Virus record (IMG/VR): IMGVR_UViG_3300013021_000001
Source of the DNA: a virus
Taxonomy: Duplodnaviria; Heunggongvirae; Uroviricota; Caudoviricetes
Length of the DNA stretch: 64,000 nt
Reading direction: 5' to 3' (one strand)
Shown here: positions 1 to 9,941 of the stretch, in pieces
Layout: the number at the start of each line of letters is the position of its first letter
How positions within the stretch are numbered: position 1 is the first letter of the stretch
The notes under the pieces: model-generated
Database searches by the model: none
Seen by the model: the letters and a program-made list of their open reading frames with translations, nothing else
What the model was told of the DNA's origin: nothing
Program-made: the position numbers and the translations under genes

Positions 1-57
1 ATGCTTAGCTTTAAGAGAAAGAGAAACATTAGGGGTAGAGGAGGAAACATAAATTGA
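1..57 (+). CDS. 3' end of an upstream gene entering the window (partial)
   Basis: Open frame from the window edge ends at TGA 55-57 (…KRKRNIRGRGGNIN*). Too short to assign. Confidence 0.15.
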   Translation: MLSFKRKRNIRGRGGNIN

Positions 58-713
58 ATAAAACTAATTTGTCTTTATTGATATTAGCAATTTTATTATT
101 AACGACAACAATACTGCCTTCTAATGCGGAGGCAGTAAACTTACACAATTTTATGACAGAACGTTCTATGGATGTAAATAGGTGGTACTGCAGATACAGA
201 AGTGAGTTAACTGTTGATGATGCAATAACACTTGAGCAGGCTCAAAACAGAAGTGGATGGATAATTAAATATGCTTATGACCTAAACTATCTTCATCCTG
301 AAATACACCCTAGAAGAGTTGCCAAAGATTTCTTTGCTATAGTTGAGTTAGAAAGTCATTTTGTAAACTATTACGATATGGATAATGGTAGGTCGTTTGG
401 AATGACTGCACTAACATGGCAGACAGCTCAAGCAGCTTCTGACTTTTTTGGTGATGGATTAAAGCTCTATGGAAGTTCAAAAAATATCAATCACAAAGAA
501 TTGTTGCGTTCTGACGTTGAAAAACAGGTCAAATACGGTATCTGGTACTACTATAAGTTATTAAAACGCTACTACAATGGAGATAGATTATCAGCGATTG
601 TGGGCTATAACGTTGGCCCTGGACTTGATGTAAGCCAAAAGAAAAAAAGAGAATACTTCTTTAAAGCTATTGGAAGAATAAGTTATTATGAAATGCTTTT
701 TAAAGAATATTAA
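54..713 (+). CDS. Secreted lytic-transglycosylase-like protein (SLT domain)
   Basis: TTG start after AGGAGGAAACATAAA. N-terminal signal-peptide-like hydrophobic stretch. ES..F catalytic-like motif (AIVELESHF) followed by GMTALTWQ, resembling an SLT domain. Confidence 0.45.
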   Translation: MNKTNLSLLILAILLLTTTILPSNAEAVNLHNFMTERSMDVNRWYCRYRSELTVDDAITLEQAQNRSGWIIKYAYDLNYLHPEIHPRRVAKDFFAIVELESHFVNYYDMDNGRSFGMTALTWQTAQAASDFFGDGLKLYGSSKNINHKELLRSDVEKQVKYGIWYYYKLLKRYYNGDRLSAIVGYNVGPGLDVSQKKKREYFFKAIGRISYYEMLFKEY

Positions 714-730
714 ATAGCGGAGGTTTTTAG

Positions 731-1822
731 ATGGAATGTATAGTGGATAAAAAAGCACTACAAAATGTTTTTAAAAAAGTACAAAAATGTATTTCCACAA
801 GCACAAATATTTTAGAAATTTCATCTTCTGTTTTAATTTCTGTTAAATATGACAGGGTTATTATTAAAGCTACTAATTTTAATATGTATATCAAAGATGA
901 GATTGATGAAGTTAAAATAAAGGAGGAAGGAGATGTTTTAATTCCTTTCTCTTTGCTTAATAATTTAGTTAGAAAATATAAAAATGAAAAAATACACTTA
1001 AGATTAAATGACAGCAACTTAGAACTTGTAAGTAAGGATAACTTATTTAAGGTTCCAATTTTAAATATTGATTTTCCTGAAGAATACATTGTAGAAAAAG
1101 AAACAGAACTCACAATAAAAGAGTCAATAATTATGGATGTCTTTAAGCGTTTCATCAAAATAATACCTGATGAATCACATCAAAACTCAATAATAGGATT
1201 AAATATAAAGCTTAAAGAAGATGGCACTATTGATTTTGTTACTACTGATACATTTAGAATGTATTTTTCAAATCTAAAAGACTTTCATATAAGCGGAGAG
1301 AGAGAAGGCCAATATTTAATACCTAAGAATATGATTAAATATATCCTTGGGGTTTTAGATGGAGGAGAAAAGGAAGTTAAGCTAATTTTAAATAATGAAT
1401 ACATCAAACTTTTAAAAGATGATTTAGTTTTAAAGCACCAATTAATAGCAGGCAGCTTTCCTTTATACGAAAAAATTATTCCCAAAAATCTAGAATTTGA
1501 AAATAAGATTAAGACTTCAGAGTTTAAAGATGCTATCAATAGAGTTAAAATTATCAGCGATTTTATGATTGGAGATAAAGTTATAACAATTAAAACAAAA
1601 GATGAGAGTTTGTTTATTTATTCTTCAGATATGAAAAACCTTGAAAAGTTAAACTTTGATTTTAAAACTCCAATAGATAAAAATTTCGATTCAGGATTTT
1701 TATTGGACTTTATAAATGATACAAGAAGTGATGATTTTAAAATATCATTTAATAAGGGAAATACAGCTGTAGTTTTAAATGATAGAGATATAAATTATAT
1801 GTTAATGCCGATTAGAAAATAA
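731..1822 (+). CDS. dnaN: DNA polymerase III beta sliding clamp
   Basis: 363 aa. N-terminal pattern L..V..K....I......L...S...L.I......I.ATNF..YI.DEI is typical of DnaN. Length and position next to replication genes fit. Confidence 0.6.
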   Translation: MECIVDKKALQNVFKKVQKCISTSTNILEISSSVLISVKYDRVIIKATNFNMYIKDEIDEVKIKEEGDVLIPFSLLNNLVRKYKNEKIHLRLNDSNLELVSKDNLFKVPILNIDFPEEYIVEKETELTIKESIIMDVFKRFIKIIPDESHQNSIIGLNIKLKEDGTIDFVTTDTFRMYFSNLKDFHISGEREGQYLIPKNMIKYILGVLDGGEKEVKLILNNEYIKLLKDDLVLKHQLIAGSFPLYEKIIPKNLEFENKIKTSEFKDAINRVKIISDFMIGDKVITIKTKDESLFIYSSDMKNLEKLNFDFKTPIDKNFDSGFLLDFINDTRSDDFKISFNKGNTAVVLNDRDINYMLMPIRK

Positions 1823-4651
1823 ATGGAGGTGCAAATATTGAATTTAACACTTGATTTAAACAAGAAACAAAAAGAAGCAGTTTTGCACGATAAGGGGCCG
1901 TCACTTGTTGTTGCCGGGGCTGGTAGTGGAAAAACAAGAGTTATAACATATCGTATAGCAAGACTTATTAAAGAAGGTATTTTTCCTTCTGAAATCCTAA
2001 CTGTAACCTTTACAAATAAGGCAGCAAGCGAGATGGAAGATAGAGTAAAAAAGATTGTAGACTGTGATATATCAAGCATGTGGATTGGGACTTTTCACTC
2101 AATGTGTTTGAAAATCTTAAGCGAGAACTTAGATAAGATAGGCTACAAACCAAACTACCTCATATATGACACTGATGACTCTGTAAAAATAGTAAACGAT
2201 ATCATAAACTCAATGGGGCTTGATGATAAAGTCTATGAAGATAAAAAAGTATTCTTTAAAATAACAGAAGCTAAAAGAAACTTAATATCATTTGCTAATT
2301 ATCTGCAAAAGCTTGGTAGAGAGCCTTTTGAAAGAGATAGGTATATCCAGAAGATATACAAGGAATATTATAAAAGGTTAAAGAAAAATAATGCCTTTGA
2401 CTTTACTGACCTGATAACAAAAACAATTTATCTGTTTAGAAAATATCCTGAAGTTTTAGAACACTATCAAAATAAATTTAAGTATATTCAGTGTGATGAG
2501 TATCAAGACACAAATCACAGTCAGTATATAATACTTAAGATGCTGGCAGATAAACACAAAAATATTATGGCCGTAGGTGATTCCGACCAGTGCCAACCAC
2601 CAAATACCGAAGTCTTAACTACTAAAGGTTACAAAAAAATCAAAGACTTAGAGCCTGGTGTTGACAAGGTTCCTAGCTATGACAGGCGTGGTTCTTATGT
2701 AATTGGATTAAGTGATGATTATGGTTACGAAATTAAAAAAGGTATGAGAAATTACAAAGGCAAAATGTATGAAATAGAAACTGAAGATGGCAAAATATCT
2801 AAATCAACTTATAACCATAAATGGCTTGTTAAGTGGACAAATAAATCTACTAACTATAATGTAGTCTACTTGATGCAAAAAGATGACAAATTTAGAGTAG
2901 GATGGTGTCAATTATTTAAAGCAGATGGGGGATTTCATTTAGGAGTTAGGTCAAGAATCGAAAAAGCAGATAAAGCATGGATTTTAAAGGTTGTAAAAAC
3001 TAAAAAAGAAGCATTTGCCTGGGAAAGTATTATTGCTAGCAGGTATGGAATTCCACAATTAACTTTTCAGGAAACAAATGACGGAGCGACTAATGGTTAT
3101 TTAACAAAAGAAGTAATAAGTTCTGTTTATGAAAACTTATCATATGAAAGACTTTATAAAAATGCAAAAAAATGCCTCAAAGACCACGACAGAGAAATAG
3201 AATTTCCATTTTTTGACGTTGAAAATGTTTACCAAAGACGTGGCGGAAAATCTATTATAAAAATAAAAGCATGCAATTTTATTCCAGAACTTATGAAAGT
3301 TCCAGTCCATATTAAAGGAAAGAAGACAGAGTGGAAAAAAATAAAAAAGCTTAGAATTTATGATTATGATGGACCTGTTTATAGTTTAAATGTTGATAAA
3401 TATCACAAATATATAGCGGATGGAATTGTAACCTGCAATAGTATTTATGGATTTAGGGGTTCTGATATTCAGAATATAATAGATTTTGAAAAAGAGTATA
3501 AAAATGTAAATATAATAAAACTTGAAAGAAATTACAGAAGCACATCTAACATTATAGAAGCCTCAAATGAGGTAGTTAAAAACAATAAAAAAAGAAGAGA
3601 GAAAGTTGCTTTTACTAAAGCTAAGCCCGGGTTTCCTATAGTTATAGCTGAAACATTTGACTCATATAAAGAGGCTGACTTTATAGTCAATACAATCAAA
3701 ACTCTTACAGATGCAAATAATTATGACTATAAAGATATTACACTTCTTTATAGAAGTAATTATCAGTCGCAGAATTTCGAAACAGCTTTTGTTAATGCAG
3801 GAATACCTTACACAGTTGTTAAAGGTACAGGGTTTTTTGATAGAAAAGAAATAAAAGACCTTCTAGCATTTATTAGATTGACTGCAAATGTTGAAGACTC
3901 TCCTAGTTTAAATAGAATAATAAATCTAGAGAGTAACGGCATAGGTCCTGTAACTGTAGCAAAAATGCTTGAACACAGCTACAATACAATGCTTCCTCTG
4001 ATAGACGTAGTAAAGTCTCCCTCATCTGTAAAGGGTATAGGTAAAGTAAAGGGGGAGGCAGTATTAAAGATGTTTGATGAATACCTGAAGCCGATTATAG
4101 AGATTAGGAAAGAAGACCTAGGCCTGCAGGAGACAATACTAAAAATATACGAAGACGTTCACTTTGAAGATATATTACTACAGGATGAAGAAACTTATGA
4201 AAACAGAATGAAGAATGTAGAAGCATTTTTTGATTTTGTTAATAACTATGTTGAGAAAAATTCCAACGATGATTCACTTGTAGACTTTCTGCAAAATGTA
4301 AAGCTTATAAGTGACCAAGACCAGCTCGACCAGGACTCAGATAAGGTTAAATTAATGACTGTACATGCAGCCAAAGGTTTAGAATTTCCTGTAGTGTTCA
4401 TGGTTGGGATGGAAGAAGAGACATTCCCTCACAAGTTCTCACTTGAAGAGCCTGACGGAGAGGAAGAGGAAAGAAGATTATGCTATGTAGCTATGACAAG
4501 AGCTGAAGAAAGATTGTTTCTTACCTACTGCAAGAGAAGATTTCAGTTCTATCAGTTTGTAGATAAAAAGCCTTCAAGGTTTATAGATGAAATACCTATG
4601 AAGTATTCAAAGTTTATGATTTATAGTGATAAAAGCAAGAGGGCTATTTAG
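1823..4651 (+). CDS. UvrD/PcrA/Rep-family SF1 DNA helicase, interrupted by an intein
   Basis: LN..Q..AV....GP.LVVAGAGSGKTRVIT Walker A motif. The helicase motif GDSDQ|SIYGFRGSD is split by a 283-aa insertion. C-terminal motifs MTVHAAKGLEF and YVAMTRAEERL are present. Confidence 0.85.
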   Translation: MEVQILNLTLDLNKKQKEAVLHDKGPSLVVAGAGSGKTRVITYRIARLIKEGIFPSEILTVTFTNKAASEMEDRVKKIVDCDISSMWIGTFHSMCLKILSENLDKIGYKPNYLIYDTDDSVKIVNDIINSMGLDDKVYEDKKVFFKITEAKRNLISFANYLQKLGREPFERDRYIQKIYKEYYKRLKKNNAFDFTDLITKTIYLFRKYPEVLEHYQNKFKYIQCDEYQDTNHSQYIILKMLADKHKNIMAVGDSDQCQPPNTEVLTTKGYKKIKDLEPGVDKVPSYDRRGSYVIGLSDDYGYEIKKGMRNYKGKMYEIETEDGKISKSTYNHKWLVKWTNKSTNYNVVYLMQKDDKFRVGWCQLFKADGGFHLGVRSRIEKADKAWILKVVKTKKEAFAWESIIASRYGIPQLTFQETNDGATNGYLTKEVISSVYENLSYERLYKNAKKCLKDHDREIEFPFFDVENVYQRRGGKSIIKIKACNFIPELMKVPVHIKGKKTEWKKIKKLRIYDYDGPVYSLNVDKYHKYIADGIVTCNSIYGFRGSDIQNIIDFEKEYKNVNIIKLERNYRSTSNIIEASNEVVKNNKKRREKVAFTKAKPGFPIVIAETFDSYKEADFIVNTIKTLTDANNYDYKDITLLYRSNYQSQNFETAFVNAGIPYTVVKGTGFFDRKEIKDLLAFIRLTANVEDSPSLNRIINLESNGIGPVTVAKMLEHSYNTMLPLIDVVKSPSSVKGIGKVKGEAVLKMFDEYLKPIIEIRKEDLGLQETILKIYEDVHFEDILLQDEETYENRMKNVEAFFDFVNNYVEKNSNDDSLVDFLQNVKLISDQDQLDQDSDKVKLMTVHAAKGLEFPVVFMVGMEEETFPHKFSLEEPDGEEEERRLCYVAMTRAEERLFLTYCKRRFQFYQFVDKKPSRFIDEIPMKYSKFMIYSDKSKRAI
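2591..3439 (+). mobile_element. Intein in the helicase (283 aa; begins Cys, ends Asn, +1 Ser)
   Basis: Inserted between GDSDQ and SIYGFRG. Block A CQPPNTEVLTTKGYKKIKDL. Block B STYNHK. C-terminal blocks VYSLNVDKYHKYIADGIVTCN followed by S. Confidence 0.75.
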
Positions 4652-4848
4652 GAGTTGATATTTTGTTTAGTGTAAAAGAGTTTGATGTGAAAATAAAAAA
4701 AAATAAAAAAAGTAAAAACTATATTTTGTACAGAGACACAAACAACAAACAGGATGTTAAATCTCAAATAAATAGAATTATAGATAGTAAATTAAATTGG
4801 AATTGGTAAAAGTATGGTATACCTCACATATTTAATTCAAATGGTGAG

Positions 4849-5271
4849 GTGTACTATCTACATCCAGTAAGTAATTTAGAAATAGAGAAAGAATTTTTCA
4901 AATATGGATTAAGAGGTCAGAAATATTTATTTTCGGTAAACAAAGACCTATTTTCATTTTATTATTCCAAAGACGCATTTATCACACTTAAAAACTTTGA
5001 TTCTGAGCTTTATGAAGATGTCAAATCTTTATTCAAAAAGAAAAAATACGACAAGCTGATTTATACTTTTGCTATTGATTACACTAAGGAAAATATAATA
5101 TCAAAGAAGATTCATTTAGATGCTGATTACATGGATAAAAGTGATATTAATTTAATAGAAGAAATTTCTGGTCAAAAAATAGACAGCTTAAAAGAAAAAT
5201 TTAATATAAAACGAAAGCTAGACCTTATAGCTTTTAACAAAGATAAAGAGTTTGCGTTTTATTTTAAATAA
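4849..5271 (+). CDS. Hypothetical protein
   Basis: 140-aa ORF in the coding-dense plus-strand block. A hairpin overlaps its start. Confidence 0.35.
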   Translation: MYYLHPVSNLEIEKEFFKYGLRGQKYLFSVNKDLFSFYYSKDAFITLKNFDSELYEDVKSLFKKKKYDKLIYTFAIDYTKENIISKKIHLDADYMDKSDINLIEEISGQKIDSLKEKFNIKRKLDLIAFNKDKEFAFYFK

Positions 5272-5290
5272 AAAAAAAGGGGGAGATTAA

Positions 5291-5551
5291 ATGGTAGAAT
5301 GTCCAGTATGCCAAAAGGGAGAAATTGTAACTGAAAGAATCACAGAAGAATCAACAGTTTACTCAATGGGTCATGAAAGTCAGGATTCACCAAGGGTTGT
5401 AGAAATGGAGTTTTATGAACACAAAGAAACTGTGGACATCTTAGATGAAGAAGTTTACTGTACAAATTGCAAGACTAGTTTTGAGCATGAAGTATCCAAT
5501 GACACAGAATATTATATAACAGCAAATTTAGAAAAGGTGGTTTTAAAATAA
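5291..5551 (+). CDS. Small zinc-ribbon protein
   Basis: CPVCQ…CTNC Cys pairs. RBS GGGGGAG upstream. Confidence 0.4.
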   Translation: MVECPVCQKGEIVTERITEESTVYSMGHESQDSPRVVEMEFYEHKETVDILDEEVYCTNCKTSFEHEVSNDTEYYITANLEKVVLK

Positions 5552-7167
5552 TGCAGGTGACTTTATTAGAGGAAGGAACATCAAACAATCCAGTAATGAG
5601 TATAGCGATGGCTGCCAGTCGTTGCTATGATTCGGAACCGACAAAAGAGCTAGTCAGAAATGTATTGAATTCAGGACATAATTCTATGGCTGAGTTTGCA
5701 GCTTTTCATTTTAATATCAAAAAGGGAAGTAGAGTGTTTTCTCATCAGCTTGTAAGAAAAAGAGCGGGGGTAAGTTTTTGTTTAAGTGGTGATACAAGAA
5801 TATATTCAGACTATCAAAATGGTAGTGTACATCCTAAGACACTCAAAGAACTCTATAATACTACAATTAATGGATTAAAACACACAAACGTAAGATGTGT
5901 TGATGAAGAAAATAAAATAATTACTAAAAATAAACCAATATCCATAATAAAATCTGGTATAAAAGATGTTTATACTGTAAAAACAAAAGATGGTTATAGT
6001 ATAAAATCTACAAAAGAGCATAAATTTTTAACAGATAACGGCTGGAAAAGATTAAAAAACATAAAAGAAGGAGATATAATTTACACAAATGGAGAGCCAT
6101 TATATAGGGATAAAAACTGGTTAGAAAAAAAATATCACAAAGAAAATTTATCACAAAAAAAGATTGCCACTTTATGTAACTGTTCTCATCACACTATTAG
6201 GAAATGGATTAGAAAATATAATTTACAAAAAGAGTTAGGAAGTTGGTCTTTAGGTGTTGAGCCGCCAAATAAAGGAAAAACAAAAGATAATTATAAACCA
6301 ATGAAAATAAGCTCTGAAAAATTAAAAGGAGAAAATAACCCTAATTATAAAAAAGGTGAAAAATTTGTAGGAGAAAAAAATCATCAATGGAAAGGAAATA
6401 ATATCAAAAATACTGGTGGATATACTCGTGTCCAGAGGCATTTTGATAGAAAATATAAATGTGAAATTTGCGATAAAGAAACTAAATTTACCGAAGTTCA
6501 TCATATAGATAAAAACCCTTCAAATGATTCAGATGATAATTTAATAGAGCTTTGTAGAACATGCCACGCAGTCCAGCATTATGGAGTAAAAGTTAAACAA
6601 ATAAGACTTTCAGAAATTAAAAGCATTGAATATTCAGGAAAAGAAATGACTTATGATTTAGAAATGAAAAATCCACATCATAATTTTATAGCTAATGGTT
6701 TTGTTGTACACAATTCTCAGCGTTCACAGCGCTATGTAAATGAGGATGGTTTTGGTTATGTAACACCAGATACCATCAAAAAAGAGAGTTTTACTCACTA
6801 TGAATATGATGAAATGATTTCTAAGCTCCATGATTTATATAATCAATTTGTTGAAATGGGGATACCAAAAGAAGACGCAAGATTTATACTTCCAAATTCA
6901 ACTGAAACAGAAATAGATGTAATGATTAACCTTCATTCACTTATGGATTTAGCAAAAGAAAGGTTATGTACCAGAGCTCAGTGGGAAATAAGAGATATTG
7001 TCTGGCAGATGAGAAACCAGGTTGTGGCCAAATGGCCTATCTTTGGAGAATATATCAAGCCTAAATGTCAGGTTATAGGTTACTGTCCTGAGCATAAAAG
7101 CTGTGGTTTAACTATTCACAAAAGTGAGGTCAGAGATTTATTTAAACCAGGTAAAAAGGAGGCATAA
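5551..7167 (+). CDS. thyX: Flavin-dependent thymidylate synthase ThyX, interrupted by an HNH-containing intein
   Basis: N-terminal ThyX core SGHNSMAEFAAFHF and RKRAGVSF|…|SQRSQRY (RHR-x7-S-type motif split by insertion). C-terminal DARFILPNSTETEIDVMINLHSLMDLAKERLCTRAQWEIRDIV is ThyX-like. Confidence 0.8.
   Translation: MQVTLLEEGTSNNPVMSIAMAASRCYDSEPTKELVRNVLNSGHNSMAEFAAFHFNIKKGSRVFSHQLVRKRAGVSFCLSGDTRIYSDYQNGSVHPKTLKELYNTTINGLKHTNVRCVDEENKIITKNKPISIIKSGIKDVYTVKTKDGYSIKSTKEHKFLTDNGWKRLKNIKEGDIIYTNGEPLYRDKNWLEKKYHKENLSQKKIATLCNCSHHTIRKWIRKYNLQKELGSWSLGVEPPNKGKTKDNYKPMKISSEKLKGENNPNYKKGEKFVGEKNHQWKGNNIKNTGGYTRVQRHFDRKYKCEICDKETKFTEVHHIDKNPSNDSDDNLIELCRTCHAVQHYGVKVKQIRLSEIKSIEYSGKEMTYDLEMKNPHHNFIANGFVVHNSQRSQRYVNEDGFGYVTPDTIKKESFTHYEYDEMISKLHDLYNQFVEMGIPKEDARFILPNSTETEIDVMINLHSLMDLAKERLCTRAQWEIRDIVWQMRNQVVAKWPIFGEYIKPKCQVIGYCPEHKSCGLTIHKSEVRDLFKPGKKEA
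5779..6714 (+). mobile_element. Intein in ThyX with HNH homing-endonuclease domain (312 aa)
   Basis: Begins CLSGDTRIY and ends VVHN followed by S. Internal HNH motif CEICDKETKFTEVHHIDKNPSNDSDDNLIELCRTCHAVQH. TxxH block STKEHKF. Confidence 0.75.
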
Positions 7168-7360
7168 AATGGAAGAAAATTTAATTGATAGAATTGTTGA
7201 TGCTATAAACAATGATGATGTATCAAGTGACAAAAAAGAAATTTATATCACAGATTTTTATAACGAACTTAACTCTGATAAAAAAGCAGTTGTGGATGAG
7301 CTGATGATGGATTTAACAGGTTGGAGATTAGAAACCTTAATAAACAATGAGAATTATTAA
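7124..7360 (+). CDS. Hypothetical small protein
   Basis: 78-aa ORF, codirectional. Its 5' end overlaps the thyX 3' end; the true start may be the internal Met (MEENLIDR) behind AAGGAGG. Confidence 0.3.
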   Translation: MRSEIYLNQVKRRHKMEENLIDRIVDAINNDDVSSDKKEIYITDFYNELNSDKKAVVDELMMDLTGWRLETLINNENY

Positions 7361-7375
7361 AAGGAGGAATAAATC

Positions 7376-7567
7376 ATGAGTAAACAGGTAGGATGTTTAA
7401 TTTGGACAGAAGATGATGTTCTAGGAGCAATGGAGGACAATGAAATTGAATTAACAGAGGACAATATTGAAAGAGCAGTTTCTGCTGTTGAGAATGCCAA
7501 TATGGGGTATGCAATACAGATAGTAAACGAAGAAATTGATGAAGTTGTAAGCTCTGAGTTTAACTAG
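7376..7567 (+). CDS. Hypothetical small acidic protein
   Basis: RBS AAGGAGGAATAAATC ATG. Confidence 0.35.
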   Translation: MSKQVGCLIWTEDDVLGAMEDNEIELTEDNIERAVSAVENANMGYAIQIVNEEIDEVVSSEFN

Positions 7568-7578
7568 GAGGTAATTTT

Positions 7579-7734
7579 ATGTTTGGAGACAATATTAAAG
7601 AAGAAATTCTTTTTTATCCTGACGTTGAAGAAGATGAGGATTTTCTTATTAAAAGTATTCAGGAAGAGCATAACACAAGATTAGATGATGCTCTTGACCA
7701 TATAGTCGAAGAATTAAATAAAGATATATTTTAA
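7579..7734 (+). CDS. Hypothetical small acidic protein (51 aa, not in ORF track)
   Basis: ATG 7579 preceded by TAGGAGGTAATTTT. Open to TAA 7732-7734. Confidence 0.3.
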   Translation: MFGDNIKEEILFYPDVEEDEDFLIKSIQEEHNTRLDDALDHIVEELNKDIF

Positions 7735-7749
7735 AAGGGGGTATTAAAG

Positions 7750-8019
7750 ATGAAGAAAGAAATGTATGAATTTTCATTTCTATATGAGGTTGGAGGTTAT
7801 GATTTAGGATGTGATAATTATTCTGTTTTAGCTGAAAATCCTGATAATGCAATTGATTCATTTATGGAGGCTTTTGATTTGGAAAGTTATGATGTACTAA
7901 GCTGGAATGAAGAAGAAACCGAGTTCGAAATTAGACTTTATAAAGAGAGAAAACAAGAAGAACTGCTTAATCAATATTTTGTTTATAAAGTTTTGGCTTT
8001 AAATTCAAAAGCAGCATGA
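7750..8019 (+). CDS. Hypothetical protein
   Basis: RBS AAGGGGGTATTAAAG ATG. Confidence 0.4.
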   Translation: MKKEMYEFSFLYEVGGYDLGCDNYSVLAENPDNAIDSFMEAFDLESYDVLSWNEEETEFEIRLYKERKQEELLNQYFVYKVLALNSKAA

Positions 8020-8051
8020 CAGATTTATTAATAAAAAGGAGGGTTATATAA

Positions 8052-8636
8052 ATGAGTGATTATTATAATAATGTAATACACAAGATGGACAAAAGAGGCG
8101 AGATGCTGGTTGTTAAAGATATAACCAATGATGAGTGGGATGTGCAGGATTACAACAGTTTTAAGCTTGAATATGTTCAGTATAATAAAAGCAACACAGC
8201 TGTAAAAAGATATCCTGTATTTGTGGATGCAGATGAACTTAACGGCTGTCTATCACAGATATTAACTGGCAATTATTCAAAAACTATCGGCTGGCATGAA
8301 TTTTACGGAGGCAGCAAGAAAAGAGGTTTAGCTGAACAGCTTAAAGGCAAGGAAATGCAGCCTTTAGTAAACGGAGTTGAATCAAGAAAACTAACTATAG
8401 GTGTCAACAAAGGTGGCTGGTTTGACTTTAAAATCAGTATTGGAAGAGGTAGTGTAGGAAATAGAGGAGAGATTAAACCTTCTGGCAACCCTATTGATGA
8501 AGTTAAGTTTTCTATCAGTCCTAAACAGGCTGTAATTTTGGCAAAAACTATTGAAACTTATGTAATTGCTAAAAAGTCACTTGCTATAAGAATTTACACC
8601 AAAAACAAAATGCAAAAAATCAAGGAGGCTGGCTAA
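8052..8636 (+). CDS. Hypothetical protein
   Basis: 194 aa. RBS AAGGAGGG upstream. Confidence 0.4.
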   Translation: MSDYYNNVIHKMDKRGEMLVVKDITNDEWDVQDYNSFKLEYVQYNKSNTAVKRYPVFVDADELNGCLSQILTGNYSKTIGWHEFYGGSKKRGLAEQLKGKEMQPLVNGVESRKLTIGVNKGGWFDFKISIGRGSVGNRGEIKPSGNPIDEVKFSISPKQAVILAKTIETYVIAKKSLAIRIYTKNKMQKIKEAG

Positions 8637-8638
8637 TC

Positions 8639-9136
8639 TTGTCAGAGGAAATTAAAATAAAGTATTTAGATAAAAATATAGATAAATTAAAAAAAGTAGA
8701 GCATGGTGACTGGGTTGATTTGAGAGTCAGCTCAGTCAAATTAAGCAGGAATAAGAAGTCTTTTGTTGAAATAAGTAAAGCAGACCCCAAAGGAAAAGAG
8801 TTAAGTTTTAAAAAAGGTGATGTGTTAAAAATAGGTTTGGGAGTAGCAATGGAGCTTCCTAAAGGTTATGAAGCTAATGCAGTGCCAAGAAGCAGCACAT
8901 TTAAACACTACGGATTAATACAGCTCAACCATTTTGGGATTATAGACGAAAGCTATAATGGAAATAATGACCAATGGATATTTATGGGATATGCATTAAA
9001 AGATGGAAAAATATCTAAAAATGACAGGGTCTGTCAATTTAGAATCAATAAAAAGATGCCTGATATTAATTTTAAGATTGTTGAAGATTTAGAAAATGAG
9101 AATAGGGGCGGAATAGGTTCAACAGGTAAACAGTAA
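8639..9136 (+). CDS. dUTPase-like (dUTPase/dCTP-deaminase superfamily) protein
   Basis: TTG start after AAGGAGG. Motif III-like GIIDESYNG and P-R-S-S segment. Size 165 aa. Confidence 0.5.
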   Translation: MSEEIKIKYLDKNIDKLKKVEHGDWVDLRVSSVKLSRNKKSFVEISKADPKGKELSFKKGDVLKIGLGVAMELPKGYEANAVPRSSTFKHYGLIQLNHFGIIDESYNGNNDQWIFMGYALKDGKISKNDRVCQFRINKKMPDINFKIVEDLENENRGGIGSTGKQ

Positions 9137-9140
9137 AAAA

Positions 9141-9157
9141 GGGGGCCTTGTGCCCCC
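9141..9157. terminator. GC-rich hairpin GGGGGCCTTGTGCCCCC
   Basis: Perfect 6-bp GC stem directly after the dUTPase-like stop. No strong T-run follows, so it may be a structural or attenuator element. Confidence 0.35.
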
Positions 9158-9175
9158 GAAATAAGGGGGTACAAG

Positions 9176-9340
9176 ATGAGCGAAAGAATCACTAAAAAGT
9201 GGATTAGCAAACTTTCTAACGAAAGATTACTGGAAGTATTTGAAAGTTTAGCAGGAGAAGCATATATAAAAAACACTAAAAAATCCTATAGAGAACTAAG
9301 ATACTGTAAAGAAGAAGTCATGAAAAGAATTAAAGAATAA
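9176..9340 (+). CDS. Hypothetical small protein (54 aa, not in ORF track)
   Basis: ATG 9176 after AAGGGGGTACAAG. Stop TAA 9338-9340. Confidence 0.3.
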   Translation: MSERITKKWISKLSNERLLEVFESLAGEAYIKNTKKSYRELRYCKEEVMKRIKE

Positions 9341-9359
9341 AAAAAGGAGGGATATATAT

Positions 9360-9605
9360 ATGTTTATAGTAGGTCAGTGCAGCAAATGTAAAAGCTATGG
9401 ATTAATGGATATCGGAGAACACAGCAAAGAAGAGGTTAATGATTTTTTAAAAAAGGCTGAGTTTGGAGAATGTTCTTTCGGAGGCTGGCATGTTGAGTTA
9501 GGCAAAATGGATGAATATATAAACCTTGATTGGGATGAGGTTTATAAATCTAAAGAAGAAGCGCAAAAAGTAGTTGACAACAAAAATAAAAGGGGTGAAA
9601 ATTAA
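9360..9605 (+). CDS. Hypothetical Cys-containing small protein
   Basis: RBS AAGGAGGG. CSKCKSYG…C motif. Confidence 0.35.
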   Translation: MFIVGQCSKCKSYGLMDIGEHSKEEVNDFLKKAEFGECSFGGWHVELGKMDEYINLDWDEVYKSKEEAQKVVDNKNKRGEN

Positions 9606-9606
9606 T

Positions 9607-9927
9607 ATGGGAGCAACAGTAATAGCATTTGATTTAGAAGAATTAAAAGAAATTATGGAAAGAAAAAAACTAGATACACTTGATGATATAGAAAACACTG
9701 CCTATTTGACACAGAGCAATTTTGGTGGTATGGTTATCCTGGTTAATAAATCTGGTGATGGAGTATTTGTACAGGAAGTTTGGGATAGCGGCAGTAAGGA
9801 TATCGAAGAAGCTGAAATTTTTTACGACGAAGAGTGGGAATATGGCAACGAAGGAGAAGCTTACGCCTACTTTGATTATGAAGATGAAAAATACTATTTA
9901 GCAGAATTTATGAGAAAAAATTACTAA
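9607..9927 (+). CDS. Hypothetical acidic protein
   Basis: Internal ATG 9607 (after AAGGGGTGAAAATTAAT) preferred over the track start 9574, which overlaps the previous ORF. Confidence 0.35.
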   Translation: MGATVIAFDLEELKEIMERKKLDTLDDIENTAYLTQSNFGGMVILVNKSGDGVFVQEVWDSGSKDIEEAEIFYDEEWEYGNEGEAYAYFDYEDEKYYLAEFMRKNY

Positions 9928-9941
9928 TAGGGGGTGACTGA

